Assembly: GCA_965208105.1 (NCBI GenBank)
Contig: OZ242318.1
Span: forward strand, 1,728,001 to 1,792,000
Length of the DNA: 64,000 nucleotides
DNA from: Candidatus Latescibacterota bacterium
GTDB taxonomy: Bacteria; Latescibacterota; UBA2968; UBA8231
Reading direction: 5' to 3'
The notes under the pieces were generated by a model that worked only from the letters and a program-made list of their open reading frames with translations, was not told the origin of the DNA and did no database searches. Position numbers and translations under genes: made by a program. This document shows, piece by piece, positions 38,943 through 48,554 of this stretch (its first letter is position 1; the number at the start of each line of letters is the position of its first letter).

Positions 38943-39863
38943 ATGAAAATCGGCTTCGGCAGCCAGGTCTGGCTGAACGACAATCACTTCGAAAACTTCC
39001 CTCGCATGCTGGACGAGTTGTCGCTGGTGGGCATGGATGGCTTCGAGATGTGCTTTCCATTCCTGATCGAACAGTACGAAAATCGAACAGGAGAGCTGCG
39101 CCGGTTGCTCGCCATGCACGATTTGGAGCTGGCCAACTACTACACCGGGGTCGCCTTCCACGATCCCGAACAGCGCAAACAAGGGATGGAGGAAGTGAAG
39201 CGGCGTTGCCGTTTCAGCGCCGAGCTGGGCACCGAATACACCCTGCTCGACGGAGGTCAGAAACAGGAGGGGATCTCTGCAACCGAACTGGACGACCAGA
39301 TCAAGGTGGTGGCGGAAACCGCCAATGAACTTGGAGAGTACGCCCGTTCCTGCGGACTGACCCTCGCCTGGCACCAGCACTGGGGAAGTATCTTTGAAGT
39401 GCAGGCCCCGTTCCACCGCCTCATGGAACTCACTGATCCGGAGCTGGTGCGGTTCTGTCCCGATGTAGGCCAGCTCACCCTGGGGGATTTCGACGTATTG
39501 GAAACCATCCGGCGCTATGCCGAGCGCATCGGTTTCGTCCACTTCAAAGATGTCACCTTTGCAGGCCGCCCCCGGGGCGAGCTGTGGCCGGGCGGTCCCC
39601 TGGTCCCATCGGACGAGGGTGCCTACGATGTGGACTCCAGGGGAAGATGGGTCGAACTGGGGCGAGGAGCGATCGATTTCCCGGCGATCAGCCGCGTACT
39701 GCTGGCAGCCGGATTCGACGGGTGGATATCCGACGACCTCGACTTCAGTTGCTACCCCGCGCGAACGGCAGCGCAAGCATGCAAGGAGTACATCAACGAA
39801 GCCCTGGGCATCTGGGGCGAGAGAGACATCCGGCGCGGCCTGGTCCCCCGCGGCTCCTACTGA
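38943..39863 (+). CDS. Sugar phosphate isomerase/epimerase (IolE/xylose-isomerase-like TIM barrel)
   Basis: WHQHWG, PDVGQL, VHFKD and ELGRGAIDF motifs. Confidence 0.8.
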   Translation: MKIGFGSQVWLNDNHFENFPRMLDELSLVGMDGFEMCFPFLIEQYENRTGELRRLLAMHDLELANYYTGVAFHDPEQRKQGMEEVKRRCRFSAELGTEYTLLDGGQKQEGISATELDDQIKVVAETANELGEYARSCGLTLAWHQHWGSIFEVQAPFHRLMELTDPELVRFCPDVGQLTLGDFDVLETIRRYAERIGFVHFKDVTFAGRPRGELWPGGPLVPSDEGAYDVDSRGRWVELGRGAIDFPAISRVLLAAGFDGWISDDLDFSCYPARTAAQACKEYINEALGIWGERDIRRGLVPRGSY

Positions 39864-39936
39864 GGCCTGGACCTTCTCAGCTCCATGCCCTTTCCCGTGG
39901 AACGGAACCATACCTTCAGCACAAGGAGTGATATTG

Positions 39937-41505
39937 ATGGCATCCCCTGACAGAGTTGCAGTCGAGGTTGAAAGCGGAGGGCGCTCTTTCGCCGTGGAGG
40001 AGGCGGTGCTCTTTCCCTTCGACGACGTCAGCGTCCCTTTTCGCAAGGACGTGCTCATGACCCTCGTGCACGGCAGCAGAAGCCCCGGAGAACACCGGGA
40101 GGGCGGGAGCTATGACCCCGATCATCCGGGCAAGCCGGTGCTCGAGCTGGGCGGGCCCGGGGCCTGCGACTCCATGGAGATCATCTTCCCAACCATCCTG
40201 AAGGTGGAAGACGAATATCGCATGTGGTACACTGCCCGGGGGAACTCTTCCGCAGATACCGAGCTCTGCTCCTACGCAGGTGGACCAGTCATCGACTCCT
40301 TGCGCAGAGTTGGATACGCGGTGAGCAAGGATGGTCTCAATTGGGAGAAACCGCGGCTGGGACTGGTGGAATACAACGGCGGCAAGGAAAACAACCTGGT
40401 GGACGTGGACGGTTCGAACTTGTGGTTCGTGGCCTACGATCCCGACGACTCCGACGCGGCCAAGCGCTTCAAGATGATCAGCATCGGCAATATGATGCAC
40501 CTTCAAATCCACTACAGTGCGGACGGCCTGAGCTGGACCAACGGCAGGGAAGTTGGACACGGCATCGAGCCCGGAGCTTCGCCGTTCAAGTTCAACGGCT
40601 GCTGGTACGTAAGCGGCCAGGGCGGCCCCGGTCCCTTCAACAAGACCATTCCTCACCCGGTGGACGGCGCAGCCAAGCGCGAGATGATGACCTGGGCAAG
40701 CTATGACTTCGAAAACTGGACCCTGGCGGCGGTTCCCAGCTTCAGGCGCGATCCCCTCCCACCCAGGCCCATTCCCGATTTCGAGTGGCATCGCGGCGAA
40801 CAGGTTCACGAAGGCGCCGCCCTCTGGGACCGGGGCAACGTGATAATCGGCTTCTACGGCATGTATCACAACCAGACGAACGACCGGGTCTATGCGACCC
40901 AGGACATCGGCCTGGTCGTCAGCCATGACGCGATGCACTTTCGCGAGCCGGTCCCCGACTTCAAGATCGTGCGCTGCTTCGAGGAGAGTCCCGTAGGGCA
41001 TCCCGGACTGGGAGCTGGCAGCAAGCTGGTGCAGGGCAGTTTCGCCAATATCGGCGAACGCACCGTCCACTACTACTCGACCTGGGAATACCCAGCCCGC
41101 GGCATGGTGCGCGTGGCTACCTGGCCGCGCGACCGTCTCGGCTTCTTCTCGAGTGTCTCCCGGCCGGTGTTCCAGGGACAGGGCTATAGAGACATCGCCG
41201 TGGAACCTCACATCATTTCCTGTCCGCTTTCGCTCAAAGGCGATAATGTCGGCCTCTACGTCAACGCTGATCTGGTGGGAGAGCACAGCCAGCTCAGGGT
41301 GGAGCTCCTCGACGAGGCCTTTTACCCAATACCAGGTTATTCCGGGGACGATTGCCTCCTCCTGACCGAACCTGGCCTGCGCCAGCGCGTCGCCTGGAAG
41401 AAGGGAGCGGTTGTCGAGGGAATCGACCACCCCGTGCGGGTCCGCGTCAAATGGGAGGGCTTGCGTCCCGAAGACGCCCAACTCTATGCTGTTTACCTGG
41501 CCTGA
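39937..41505 (+). CDS. Beta-propeller glycoside-hydrolase-like protein (paralog of 23681..25195)
   Basis: YRMWY, YAVSKDGLNWEKP.LG, SADGLSW, RDRLG, LYVNAD and LRVELLD motifs; AAGGAG SD. Confidence 0.65.
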   Translation: MASPDRVAVEVESGGRSFAVEEAVLFPFDDVSVPFRKDVLMTLVHGSRSPGEHREGGSYDPDHPGKPVLELGGPGACDSMEIIFPTILKVEDEYRMWYTARGNSSADTELCSYAGGPVIDSLRRVGYAVSKDGLNWEKPRLGLVEYNGGKENNLVDVDGSNLWFVAYDPDDSDAAKRFKMISIGNMMHLQIHYSADGLSWTNGREVGHGIEPGASPFKFNGCWYVSGQGGPGPFNKTIPHPVDGAAKREMMTWASYDFENWTLAAVPSFRRDPLPPRPIPDFEWHRGEQVHEGAALWDRGNVIIGFYGMYHNQTNDRVYATQDIGLVVSHDAMHFREPVPDFKIVRCFEESPVGHPGLGAGSKLVQGSFANIGERTVHYYSTWEYPARGMVRVATWPRDRLGFFSSVSRPVFQGQGYRDIAVEPHIISCPLSLKGDNVGLYVNADLVGEHSQLRVELLDEAFYPIPGYSGDDCLLLTEPGLRQRVAWKKGAVVEGIDHPVRVRVKWEGLRPEDAQLYAVYLA

Positions 41506-41565
41506 GCCCGGGGAAAAATCTCAGAAGCTCTTCCACCAGGGAATCTAACGATTGTGCAGGAGGAC

Positions 41566-42486
41566 ATGGTGACAACCCGCTACCCACAGGCTATTCTGCT
41601 CAGCTGCGAGATACCCTGGAACGACAAAGAGGAATTGCTCGAAGACGTCTTCCGCAAGGAGGTTCGAGCCGTGCTCGCCGGGGGATTCAACCATCTCTAC
41701 ATCTTTGGGACCGCCGGCGAAGGATACGCGGTTACCCTTTCCCAATTCCAGGAAATTGTCAGGATCTTTCGCGAAGAAACCAGAATAGATGGCATTTTTC
41801 CCATGGTAGGCGTGATCGGAATGTCGACTGCCCAGGTTGTGGAAAAGGTGGGCTTCGCCTTTGACCAGGGCTTCCGCGCCTTCCAGATTGCTCTGCCCCC
41901 ATGGGGAGAGCTCGACGACGACGAGTATCTGGTCTACTTCCAGGACGTGTGCGGCAACTTCCCGAATGCCAGCTTCATACATTACAACCTGCCGCGCGGC
42001 CGCCGCCTGCTCACCGGGCCGGACTACCGCCGCCTGGCAGACGCTGTGCCCAACCTGGCGGGGACCAAGAATACCCGCACCGACATCAACGACATTGCCA
42101 GCATCGCAACCCACGCTCCCGAGCTGCAGCACTTCTACGGGGAATGCGGTTTCCCCATCGGCTGTCTGTTCGGCGAGTGCTCCCTCCTCAGCTCCTACGG
42201 CGCTCTATTTCCAGCCAAAACAAGGGAGTTCTTTCGGTACGGCGTCGAAAAGCAGTGGGACAAGCTGTTTCCATTGATGAAGGAATACCTCCAGGTGATG
42301 GCCGACTTCGATGAGCCCACCCTCGAGCGCAGCGGCATCGACGGCTGCTACGACAAGATGATCGTGCGCGGCAGCGGCATCGATATGCCACTGCGCCTGC
42401 TCTCACCTTATCTTTGCTTCGATATGGAGGTCTATGATTCGGTGATGAAGCTGATTAGGGAACGGTACCCTGATTGGCTGAAGTAG
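41566..42486 (+). CDS. DHDPS/NAL class I aldolase family protein
   Basis: GTAGEG, HYNLP and the catalytic Lys in LAGTKN; AGGAGG SD. Confidence 0.85.
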   Translation: MVTTRYPQAILLSCEIPWNDKEELLEDVFRKEVRAVLAGGFNHLYIFGTAGEGYAVTLSQFQEIVRIFREETRIDGIFPMVGVIGMSTAQVVEKVGFAFDQGFRAFQIALPPWGELDDDEYLVYFQDVCGNFPNASFIHYNLPRGRRLLTGPDYRRLADAVPNLAGTKNTRTDINDIASIATHAPELQHFYGECGFPIGCLFGECSLLSSYGALFPAKTREFFRYGVEKQWDKLFPLMKEYLQVMADFDEPTLERSGIDGCYDKMIVRGSGIDMPLRLLSPYLCFDMEVYDSVMKLIRERYPDWLK

Positions 42487-42602
42487 GTTAGCCTCTACAG
42501 ACTTCCCCCCGTCTCACGACGGGCAAGCTGAGGAACCGGCTCCGTCTGGGTGAATTTCCTGCAGGGTGCAAGGGCCTGAGGTCCAATCACCCACGAAATC
42601 CC

Positions 42603-44129
42603 CTACTTCCAGTGGATATTGTAGATCTCTCCGCGCTCCAACTCCAGGCGCAGACTCACGGCATTGTGCTGATAGTGCTCCGTTGTCGCTTCTTTCCAGC
42701 GCATTAGGTGGCTCGTGCTGTCTCCGGAGAGGATCTTGAATGGCCCCTTCTCCAACCCCGGCAGCGGTGTCCCGAAGGGATCGCAGAGTTCGGCACGCAA
42801 CCAGCCGTCAATCCGGGCATCGACGCACAGTTCCGCTCCTCCCAGAATGAAGGGACGGGTCAACATCATACCCGCGCCGGCACCGCGTGCTGACAGCCCC
42901 AGGAATCGGCGCTTGGGAAAGCGGGCTGCCCGGACCTCGGCCCCAATCTTTCCTTTTTCCCCATGGCGTACTTCGTTGTGGCGATGGCCACTGGCGGAGT
43001 AGAGCAGAAGCCAGTCCGAACCGGCGTCCACCAGGCGGTTCGGTGCATGGATCATGCCTGCCTCTTCATCGCTTTCCCTCGGCACCCATGGCATGCGCAG
43101 GGGTCGATCCCAACGCCGCCCATCCCGGCTGAAACACAGCTCAATATCCATCGTCTGGTCGTACACCAGGTAGCTGCCCATGAGGCCGATCTGCCAGCCA
43201 TCCTGGCGATGCACAGCAAGGTAGTAGAACTGCTGGTCCAACCTGTCGCGCTCGTCGGGTACGATCAGCAGCTCCGGATCGCTCCACTCCATCCCGTCAG
43301 CGCTGCTGCGCCGGTGGATTGCCCGCAGCATGAACGGCGCGTTGTCGTGCTCGAACCGGCGCGGGCTGCCTTCCAGGTTGCACAGAGGCCACGGCGCGTA
43401 GAACTCGTAGCACCCCGTGTCCGGAGCACGGAAAACATAGACCGCGTCGTTGGCGCGCAGTCCCTTCAGCCGGACCAGTTGGTCCACCGTACACCTCTCG
43501 AGCAGATGTCCCCATCTGGCCTCACTGCTTCCTGGAACGAATCGTTCCAGGGCTCCCTGGACGGGACCTTCTCCTCTCTCCTTTTCCGGCGGCGCCACTC
43601 CAGGTGTCCAGATCCACGATCCCAACTCCAGCGGATGGTATATTACCGGCTCGTCGAAATTGGCTGCTTCCCATCGCAACCCATCCGCGCTCTGTGCCAC
43701 CACGTAGCGCAGGTAGGGCCGATTGTTGACCCAGAAGTACATGCGCCATCCTCCCTCCTCATCTTGCCATACCTGGGGCTGGCCGTAGCGTTCAACCCCG
43801 GCCGGCAACCCCTGGATGGCCAACCTGTTGCTACCCCTGCCATCCACCTGCATCTGGCCGAGTTCGGGTTTCTCCCACTTGAGGCCATCGACGGATTCGG
43901 CCACCGCAATCCCCATCATCTTCGTCTCCATCTCCGAAACCGTATAGTACATTCGCCACCCTTTCTCCCGGCAGCCGACGATGGAACTGGCAAAGCTCAT
44001 ACAGCGCTGGCCATCCGATGGCCGATCCGGCCGCAGCACCGTTCCCAGCTTTTCCACCGGTCCGGGAACCCGCACCAACCCCTCCATAGCCCTTATTGAG
44101 AAGTCATCGAAGAAATAAAGCATTCTCAT
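42603..44129 (-). CDS. Beta-propeller glycoside-hydrolase-like protein (third paralog)
   Basis: FFDD, WRMYY, AESVDGLKWEKP.LG, SRDGRRW, LTRPF and LRAELCD motifs. Confidence 0.65.
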   Translation of the reverse strand: MRMLYFFDDFSIRAMEGLVRVPGPVEKLGTVLRPDRPSDGQRCMSFASSIVGCREKGWRMYYTVSEMETKMMGIAVAESVDGLKWEKPELGQMQVDGRGSNRLAIQGLPAGVERYGQPQVWQDEEGGWRMYFWVNNRPYLRYVVAQSADGLRWEAANFDEPVIYHPLELGSWIWTPGVAPPEKERGEGPVQGALERFVPGSSEARWGHLLERCTVDQLVRLKGLRANDAVYVFRAPDTGCYEFYAPWPLCNLEGSPRRFEHDNAPFMLRAIHRRSSADGMEWSDPELLIVPDERDRLDQQFYYLAVHRQDGWQIGLMGSYLVYDQTMDIELCFSRDGRRWDRPLRMPWVPRESDEEAGMIHAPNRLVDAGSDWLLLYSASGHRHNEVRHGEKGKIGAEVRAARFPKRRFLGLSARGAGAGMMLTRPFILGGAELCVDARIDGWLRAELCDPFGTPLPGLEKGPFKILSGDSTSHLMRWKEATTEHYQHNAVSLRLELERGEIYNIHWK

Positions 44130-44168
44130 CCCCCGTAATCGTCATTCCTTGAATCCACCGCAATGACC

Positions 44169-44209
44169 AAAAAAGGCATGTGGCCACGACGGATGCCCGC
44201 CGTGACCAC
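44169..44209 (-). terminator. Intrinsic terminator closing the envelope operon
   Basis: Minus strand GTGGTCACGGCGG-GCAT-CCGTCGTGGCCAC (13-bp stem with two G-U pairs), then ATGCC and TTTTTT. Confidence 0.6.
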
Positions 44210-44247
44210 GAAAACCAGAATCCTGTCATTGGCGCGAAGTATAAAAT

Positions 44248-47200
44248 CTATATCGGCCGTCCATACTCGGTAAAACCCACAAGGGTACGAACGAAAACCG
44301 ACCACTGATCGAATTCTCTCAACTGTTGAAAGGCGTCGTCGAACTTCTTCTTTCCCCTGCTCACTCCGATCACACTGTATAGATCGTATCCAAAATATCG
44401 AGACTGGTTTGTCAGCGTGATAAAGGATGTGCTCTGCTCAAAACTCTGGCTCTCCCTGAGCTGGTCTTTCACTCTGTATTGCAAGGGACCGAATCCCTGG
44501 ACGCCCCCTCGGAGAAACGTCCGGCTCATCAATGGGTATTCCAGTCTCAATATGGGGATCGACCGGGTCTCATAACGCAAATCCCGTCCGCCGTAGGTGC
44601 CGTCCACTCGGCGGTCGGCATCCTGGTCTTTGAGGCGCAGGAGAATGAACTTGTATTGGGGCTTGACACGCAGCTTGCCCCAATGCCAGGTATATTCGGT
44701 TTTGCTGACCCAGGTCCAGAAATCCAGCCGGTGGTCCCTCTGTTCGAAACCACTGTATAGCTGTCCCCCTTGCTGCCAATTGACCTTCACCCGCAGTTCC
44801 TGTTCCACGCCCAGGTCAGGCAAAGGCCGCAAATGTGCTGCCAGAAAAGTCTCGTTGACCAGACTGTCCCGATAAAGAAGTTGATCGGGACGAGACCCGC
44901 TGGAAAAAATTGGCACACCCCCAAATTCACTCGCCCGCTCAAGACCTCGATACCCGAACATGAGACCCCTGCCAGGTGTTTCCTTGAGCAACGTGGTTTC
45001 ATCGGGGATATCGTCTTGCACCCGCCGGATGTTGTTTTCAAACAACAGTCGACGCAGTTGCCTTATACCCTGGCGGTGGAAGATCAATAGCGCATAGGTT
45101 GATCTGTTTCGTCCTGCCCCTGCCACCTCCCTGACATTGTATTGTCCTGCGGCCAACGACCAGTGCCCGCTCAGATCCACCTGCCCAAAAAGGTGATAGC
45201 CCCGCTGGTCAGAATCATAGGGGTAGTCCGGATCCCAATCGTCTTCGCGGTGGTCGGGCTCGTCGTTGTTGTTGCGGTCCAGACCATATGCATAATCGAT
45301 GGGCTCCACGCCGTACATCAGAAACGGTTCTTCGTAGTCGGGAATGGAATTTCCGTTCCGATTGGTATCGGGGAAGCCATCGCCATCGTCGTCCTGACCC
45401 GGAAAAACGCCGTCGACGTCGAAATCCCGACGGTCATTGGGAAGTCCGGGAAGATTGCCAATGCGCTTATCGGGATAGCGGTCGCCATCATCATTGTCCT
45501 CGACCAAGTCCCAGTAAACCGTCTGGTTGGAAATCCCCGCCAGATTGCCTTCGGTCAATCCCACCTCAAATGGAACAAAGCTCCGCATCCCGGTGGTAAA
45601 ACCGGGATTCATCGAGAAGAACTCCACTCCCCCTCGTCCCGGCCCCCACCAACGGGTCGCATTGACGAAATAGGCCGAACCTCGCTCCACTGAATGCGGC
45701 CCTTCCAGGTATATCGCCTCCCCTTCCCGCTGCGCAGGATAACGCGAGTACCGCGCCGAGCGGGCGTATTCGCCGTTGATTTCCACGCCAACCAGGTCCA
45801 GACCCACATCCGCGCTGTAGGTGAACAGGGCCGTGTGCTCCCCTACCGCAAAACGCCTGAGCCTCAGGTTTGACCCGTCCTGCACATTCCCTGGAGCGCG
45901 CAGAACCGTCTGGTAGAAGCTGACGTTGTAGCGCGTGGGATGATTCCGGGCGCGGAGATTCTCGTTCATCAGGAAAGACACCTCCACCCGGTAGTCATTC
46001 CCCAACAGGGCTTCCACCTCCACAGATTCAACCAGCGGCTCCTGCCTCAAATCGAACATGAAAACCAGTTGTTCTTCACCATCGGCACTCAAAACATCGT
46101 CGGGCGATTCGACATCAAAAAGTGCAACAAGCCCTTCCAGATTGGTATCTCCGCTCACATCCACACCGGCCTCGTGGTCCAGCCGGTAGAGATAATCGGC
46201 AAAGAGCGGGACCTCCTGACGTCCCCTGTAGTAGCGGGGCTGGTTCTGGTAGTAACCGCGAAAGGTATTGTATACGATTGGACGGAATTCGCCTGTTGCC
46301 CGGGACACTGTGCCCGACTGTAGTGGGACTCCGTCCAGGTGCCTGACCACCTGCGGCCTCAGGTCTGACCGTGGCTCGCCATTTACGACCAGTTGAACAT
46401 CCTGCACCAAGGCCCCTCCCGCGCCATCAGCCGGAGAGTCATCGGTGAAACGCACTACCAGCCAGTCGAACATAGGCAGGCTGGATCGCACCACTCCTTT
46501 GAGCGAATTACCCGGCTGCGTGCTCCGGTATACATTCAGGTTGGTGCCATTGAGGCCAATGCGCAAATTGCCGATCTGGGTCTGCACTCGACTCGCGACA
46601 AGCATAGTGTTGTCGTCGGCAAAGTGACTGCTTTCATAGGAGTATGAAGGAGGGGTTTCATGGTATGACCTTGGCCGCTCAATTCGCGACCCTAGTGCCG
46701 TAAAGTCGAATTGAGGGGTGGAAACGTCAACGCGCAATCCGTTGAAATTCGCCATCGAAAGAGTCAACGGCGTGAAGCGTGCAATCAGCGCATCGCCGAC
46801 AATGGCGCTGTAGCCCCAGCTACCGTAGCCATCGCGCGCCATCAGCATGTTGTCGAATACTATGGTCCAGGGATGAAAGTCCTTGAAGATCTCGCTGCCG
46901 TATTCTTGCCCTGGCCTTCGGTCCTCGGTCCACCAGTAAATGGGATAGCCGGTGACGAGATAGTCCCCCATCGAGTTGTAGAAGGCCTGCGGCTGATCGG
47001 CGTAGGGGAAGGCGTGATTGGGATAATGGCCAAACTTCTGGTAGGCAAAATTTCGATAGGGAGGACGGTGTTGCCGTAATAGGGGATAGGAGGGTTCCAC
47101 CTGGCGCAGGGACAATCGCTCATCTTGCTGGGAATGAACCCCTTCTCCCCAGGCCAGAAATCCGCCCAAAATTGCAAAAAATAAAACACCCGAGAGGTGA

Positions 47201-47259
47201 ATTGCGGAACAATTTAACCTCCCGGGTGTGAAAAACCCATTACAGGAGCGTGAATCCAT
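44248..47259 (-). CDS. Large predicted outer-membrane beta-barrel protein with Asp-rich Ca-binding insert
   Basis: Hydrophobic signal region, DDSP.DG.GG motif, DxDxDG-type repeats and C-terminal amphipathic strands. Paralogous to 1..1979, 53070..55886 and 55891..58665. Confidence 0.75.
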   Translation of the reverse strand: MDSRSCNGFFTPGRLNCSAIHLSGVLFFAILGGFLAWGEGVHSQQDERLSLRQVEPSYPLLRQHRPPYRNFAYQKFGHYPNHAFPYADQPQAFYNSMGDYLVTGYPIYWWTEDRRPGQEYGSEIFKDFHPWTIVFDNMLMARDGYGSWGYSAIVGDALIARFTPLTLSMANFNGLRVDVSTPQFDFTALGSRIERPRSYHETPPSYSYESSHFADDNTMLVASRVQTQIGNLRIGLNGTNLNVYRSTQPGNSLKGVVRSSLPMFDWLVVRFTDDSPADGAGGALVQDVQLVVNGEPRSDLRPQVVRHLDGVPLQSGTVSRATGEFRPIVYNTFRGYYQNQPRYYRGRQEVPLFADYLYRLDHEAGVDVSGDTNLEGLVALFDVESPDDVLSADGEEQLVFMFDLRQEPLVESVEVEALLGNDYRVEVSFLMNENLRARNHPTRYNVSFYQTVLRAPGNVQDGSNLRLRRFAVGEHTALFTYSADVGLDLVGVEINGEYARSARYSRYPAQREGEAIYLEGPHSVERGSAYFVNATRWWGPGRGGVEFFSMNPGFTTGMRSFVPFEVGLTEGNLAGISNQTVYWDLVEDNDDGDRYPDKRIGNLPGLPNDRRDFDVDGVFPGQDDDGDGFPDTNRNGNSIPDYEEPFLMYGVEPIDYAYGLDRNNNDEPDHREDDWDPDYPYDSDQRGYHLFGQVDLSGHWSLAAGQYNVREVAGAGRNRSTYALLIFHRQGIRQLRRLLFENNIRRVQDDIPDETTLLKETPGRGLMFGYRGLERASEFGGVPIFSSGSRPDQLLYRDSLVNETFLAAHLRPLPDLGVEQELRVKVNWQQGGQLYSGFEQRDHRLDFWTWVSKTEYTWHWGKLRVKPQYKFILLRLKDQDADRRVDGTYGGRDLRYETRSIPILRLEYPLMSRTFLRGGVQGFGPLQYRVKDQLRESQSFEQSTSFITLTNQSRYFGYDLYSVIGVSRGKKKFDDAFQQLREFDQWSVFVRTLVGFTEYGRPI

Positions 47260-47270
47260 CCAAAATTGCC

Positions 47271-48554
47271 TTATTGCGCGGACACCTTGAACTCGAAGGG
47301 ATATGTCACACTCACAGGAATAGCGCGTACCTGAACGGCAGCAGCGGCCCCTCCGCCAGGTTGCACTCCCTCTATAGCGTCTGCGCCTCCACCAACTGCC
47401 GGACCTGCGGCTTGAGCTCGCGCCGCCCGCAGCGATGCCACGTCAATCGGCCGGAAGGACCACCTCTGGACATCGGACTGGATGCACTCGACCACCCTCT
47501 CATTGTCGACGGTGGATTCCGTGATCCTGGTATCGGATATGGCCCCGCCTACTTCGATTGTGAAGCTGACCTCGACCCTGCCTTCCCTTGCCTCTCCCTT
47601 ATCGAATTCGTCGGTGAAACACCTGTTGAGAGCGGTAAGCCGCTGGCGGGCAACTGCCCGAATGGCGCTGATACTGCGGGTGCGGTCGTCAGGGAGATTC
47701 CCCAGCACCCGGGTAGGTCCATCCTCTGAGATCATCAGGTCTTCGGCGGCTTTGGCCTTCAGCGCATCGGCTTCCACAACGGTGCGCTCCACGCTGTGAT
47801 CAAATTCAAAGCGCAGATCCACTACATCTTCGGGCCTATCGAAGGCACCGAATTGCAGGACAAATTCCTTGATCGTCAATACAACTGTCTCTGTTTTGGG
47901 ATCGACCGGGTTGAATACTATGAAGCCGCCGTAGTTTTCACCCTTGAAGACAGGCTGCTCCTCTTCGTAGTTGTTGCTGCGCACAGTACCCATCCTCAAC
48001 TCGAAACGATAAAATTCATTGCCACTCTGGCCTCTCCGAGAGCGATAGTAGTTTTCAAAATTGTTCTGTACCGCGGAAGAGGAAATGCCATAGGAGCGGT
48101 GAAATTCGCCCCGGTCGGTCTCGAGAATGACTTCGCTTGGATCGATCATAACCTTGGGGAAGGTTCGGTTGAAAATCGAAACCCTGAACACGGTGAAGCG
48201 ATTAGGCGTATAGCCAAGGCGCGGATCAATCCAGTTGCCGTATGTATATGGATTGGTGGAGTACTTGCCCTTGGTTGACTCGTCAGGAAACATCTCGTTC
48301 AGTTCGTCATCGGTCATGGGTTTGACCTCGACCCGCATTCCTGACCACTCATATGAGACAGTGCCATCCTCCTGCACAGTGTACTGTGCTCCCTCGATAG
48401 GGGACCCCTCATCCAGCGGAGCAAGGAGAACCTGTTGCTTAACGGCAGGAGGGAAGAGGAAACAGCCGGCCATGGATAAAATCAGCAAGCTCGGAATCCA
48501 CAAGCTCCATCGCGTCCGGAGAGATACCTTTCGGTAAAAAGAGCGATTCTTCAC
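47271..48554 (-). CDS. Lipoprotein with C-terminal TonB-C-like (AgmX/PglI-type) domain
   Basis: Lipobox SMAG-C; C-terminal L.RCF...EGRVEVSFTI..GG.IS...I..ST......V.ECI......W.F...V.VTYPF.F. Confidence 0.75.
   Translation of the reverse strand: MKNRSFYRKVSLRTRWSLWIPSLLILSMAGCFLFPPAVKQQVLLAPLDEGSPIEGAQYTVQEDGTVSYEWSGMRVEVKPMTDDELNEMFPDESTKGKYSTNPYTYGNWIDPRLGYTPNRFTVFRVSIFNRTFPKVMIDPSEVILETDRGEFHRSYGISSSAVQNNFENYYRSRRGQSGNEFYRFELRMGTVRSNNYEEEQPVFKGENYGGFIVFNPVDPKTETVVLTIKEFVLQFGAFDRPEDVVDLRFEFDHSVERTVVEADALKAKAAEDLMISEDGPTRVLGNLPDDRTRSISAIRAVARQRLTALNRCFTDEFDKGEAREGRVEVSFTIEVGGAISDTRITESTVDNERVVECIQSDVQRWSFRPIDVASLRAARAQAAGPAVGGGADAIEGVQPGGGAAAAVQVRAIPVSVTYPFEFKVSAQ

Noticed and set aside
41566-42486. 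Calling this gene dapA
   Set aside because: The altered GTTGE motif and catabolic context support only a family-level assignment.
42508-42523. Hairpin CCCGTC-TCAC-GACGGG between convergent genes
   Set aside because: Short stem with no U-tract on either strand; too weak to call a terminator.
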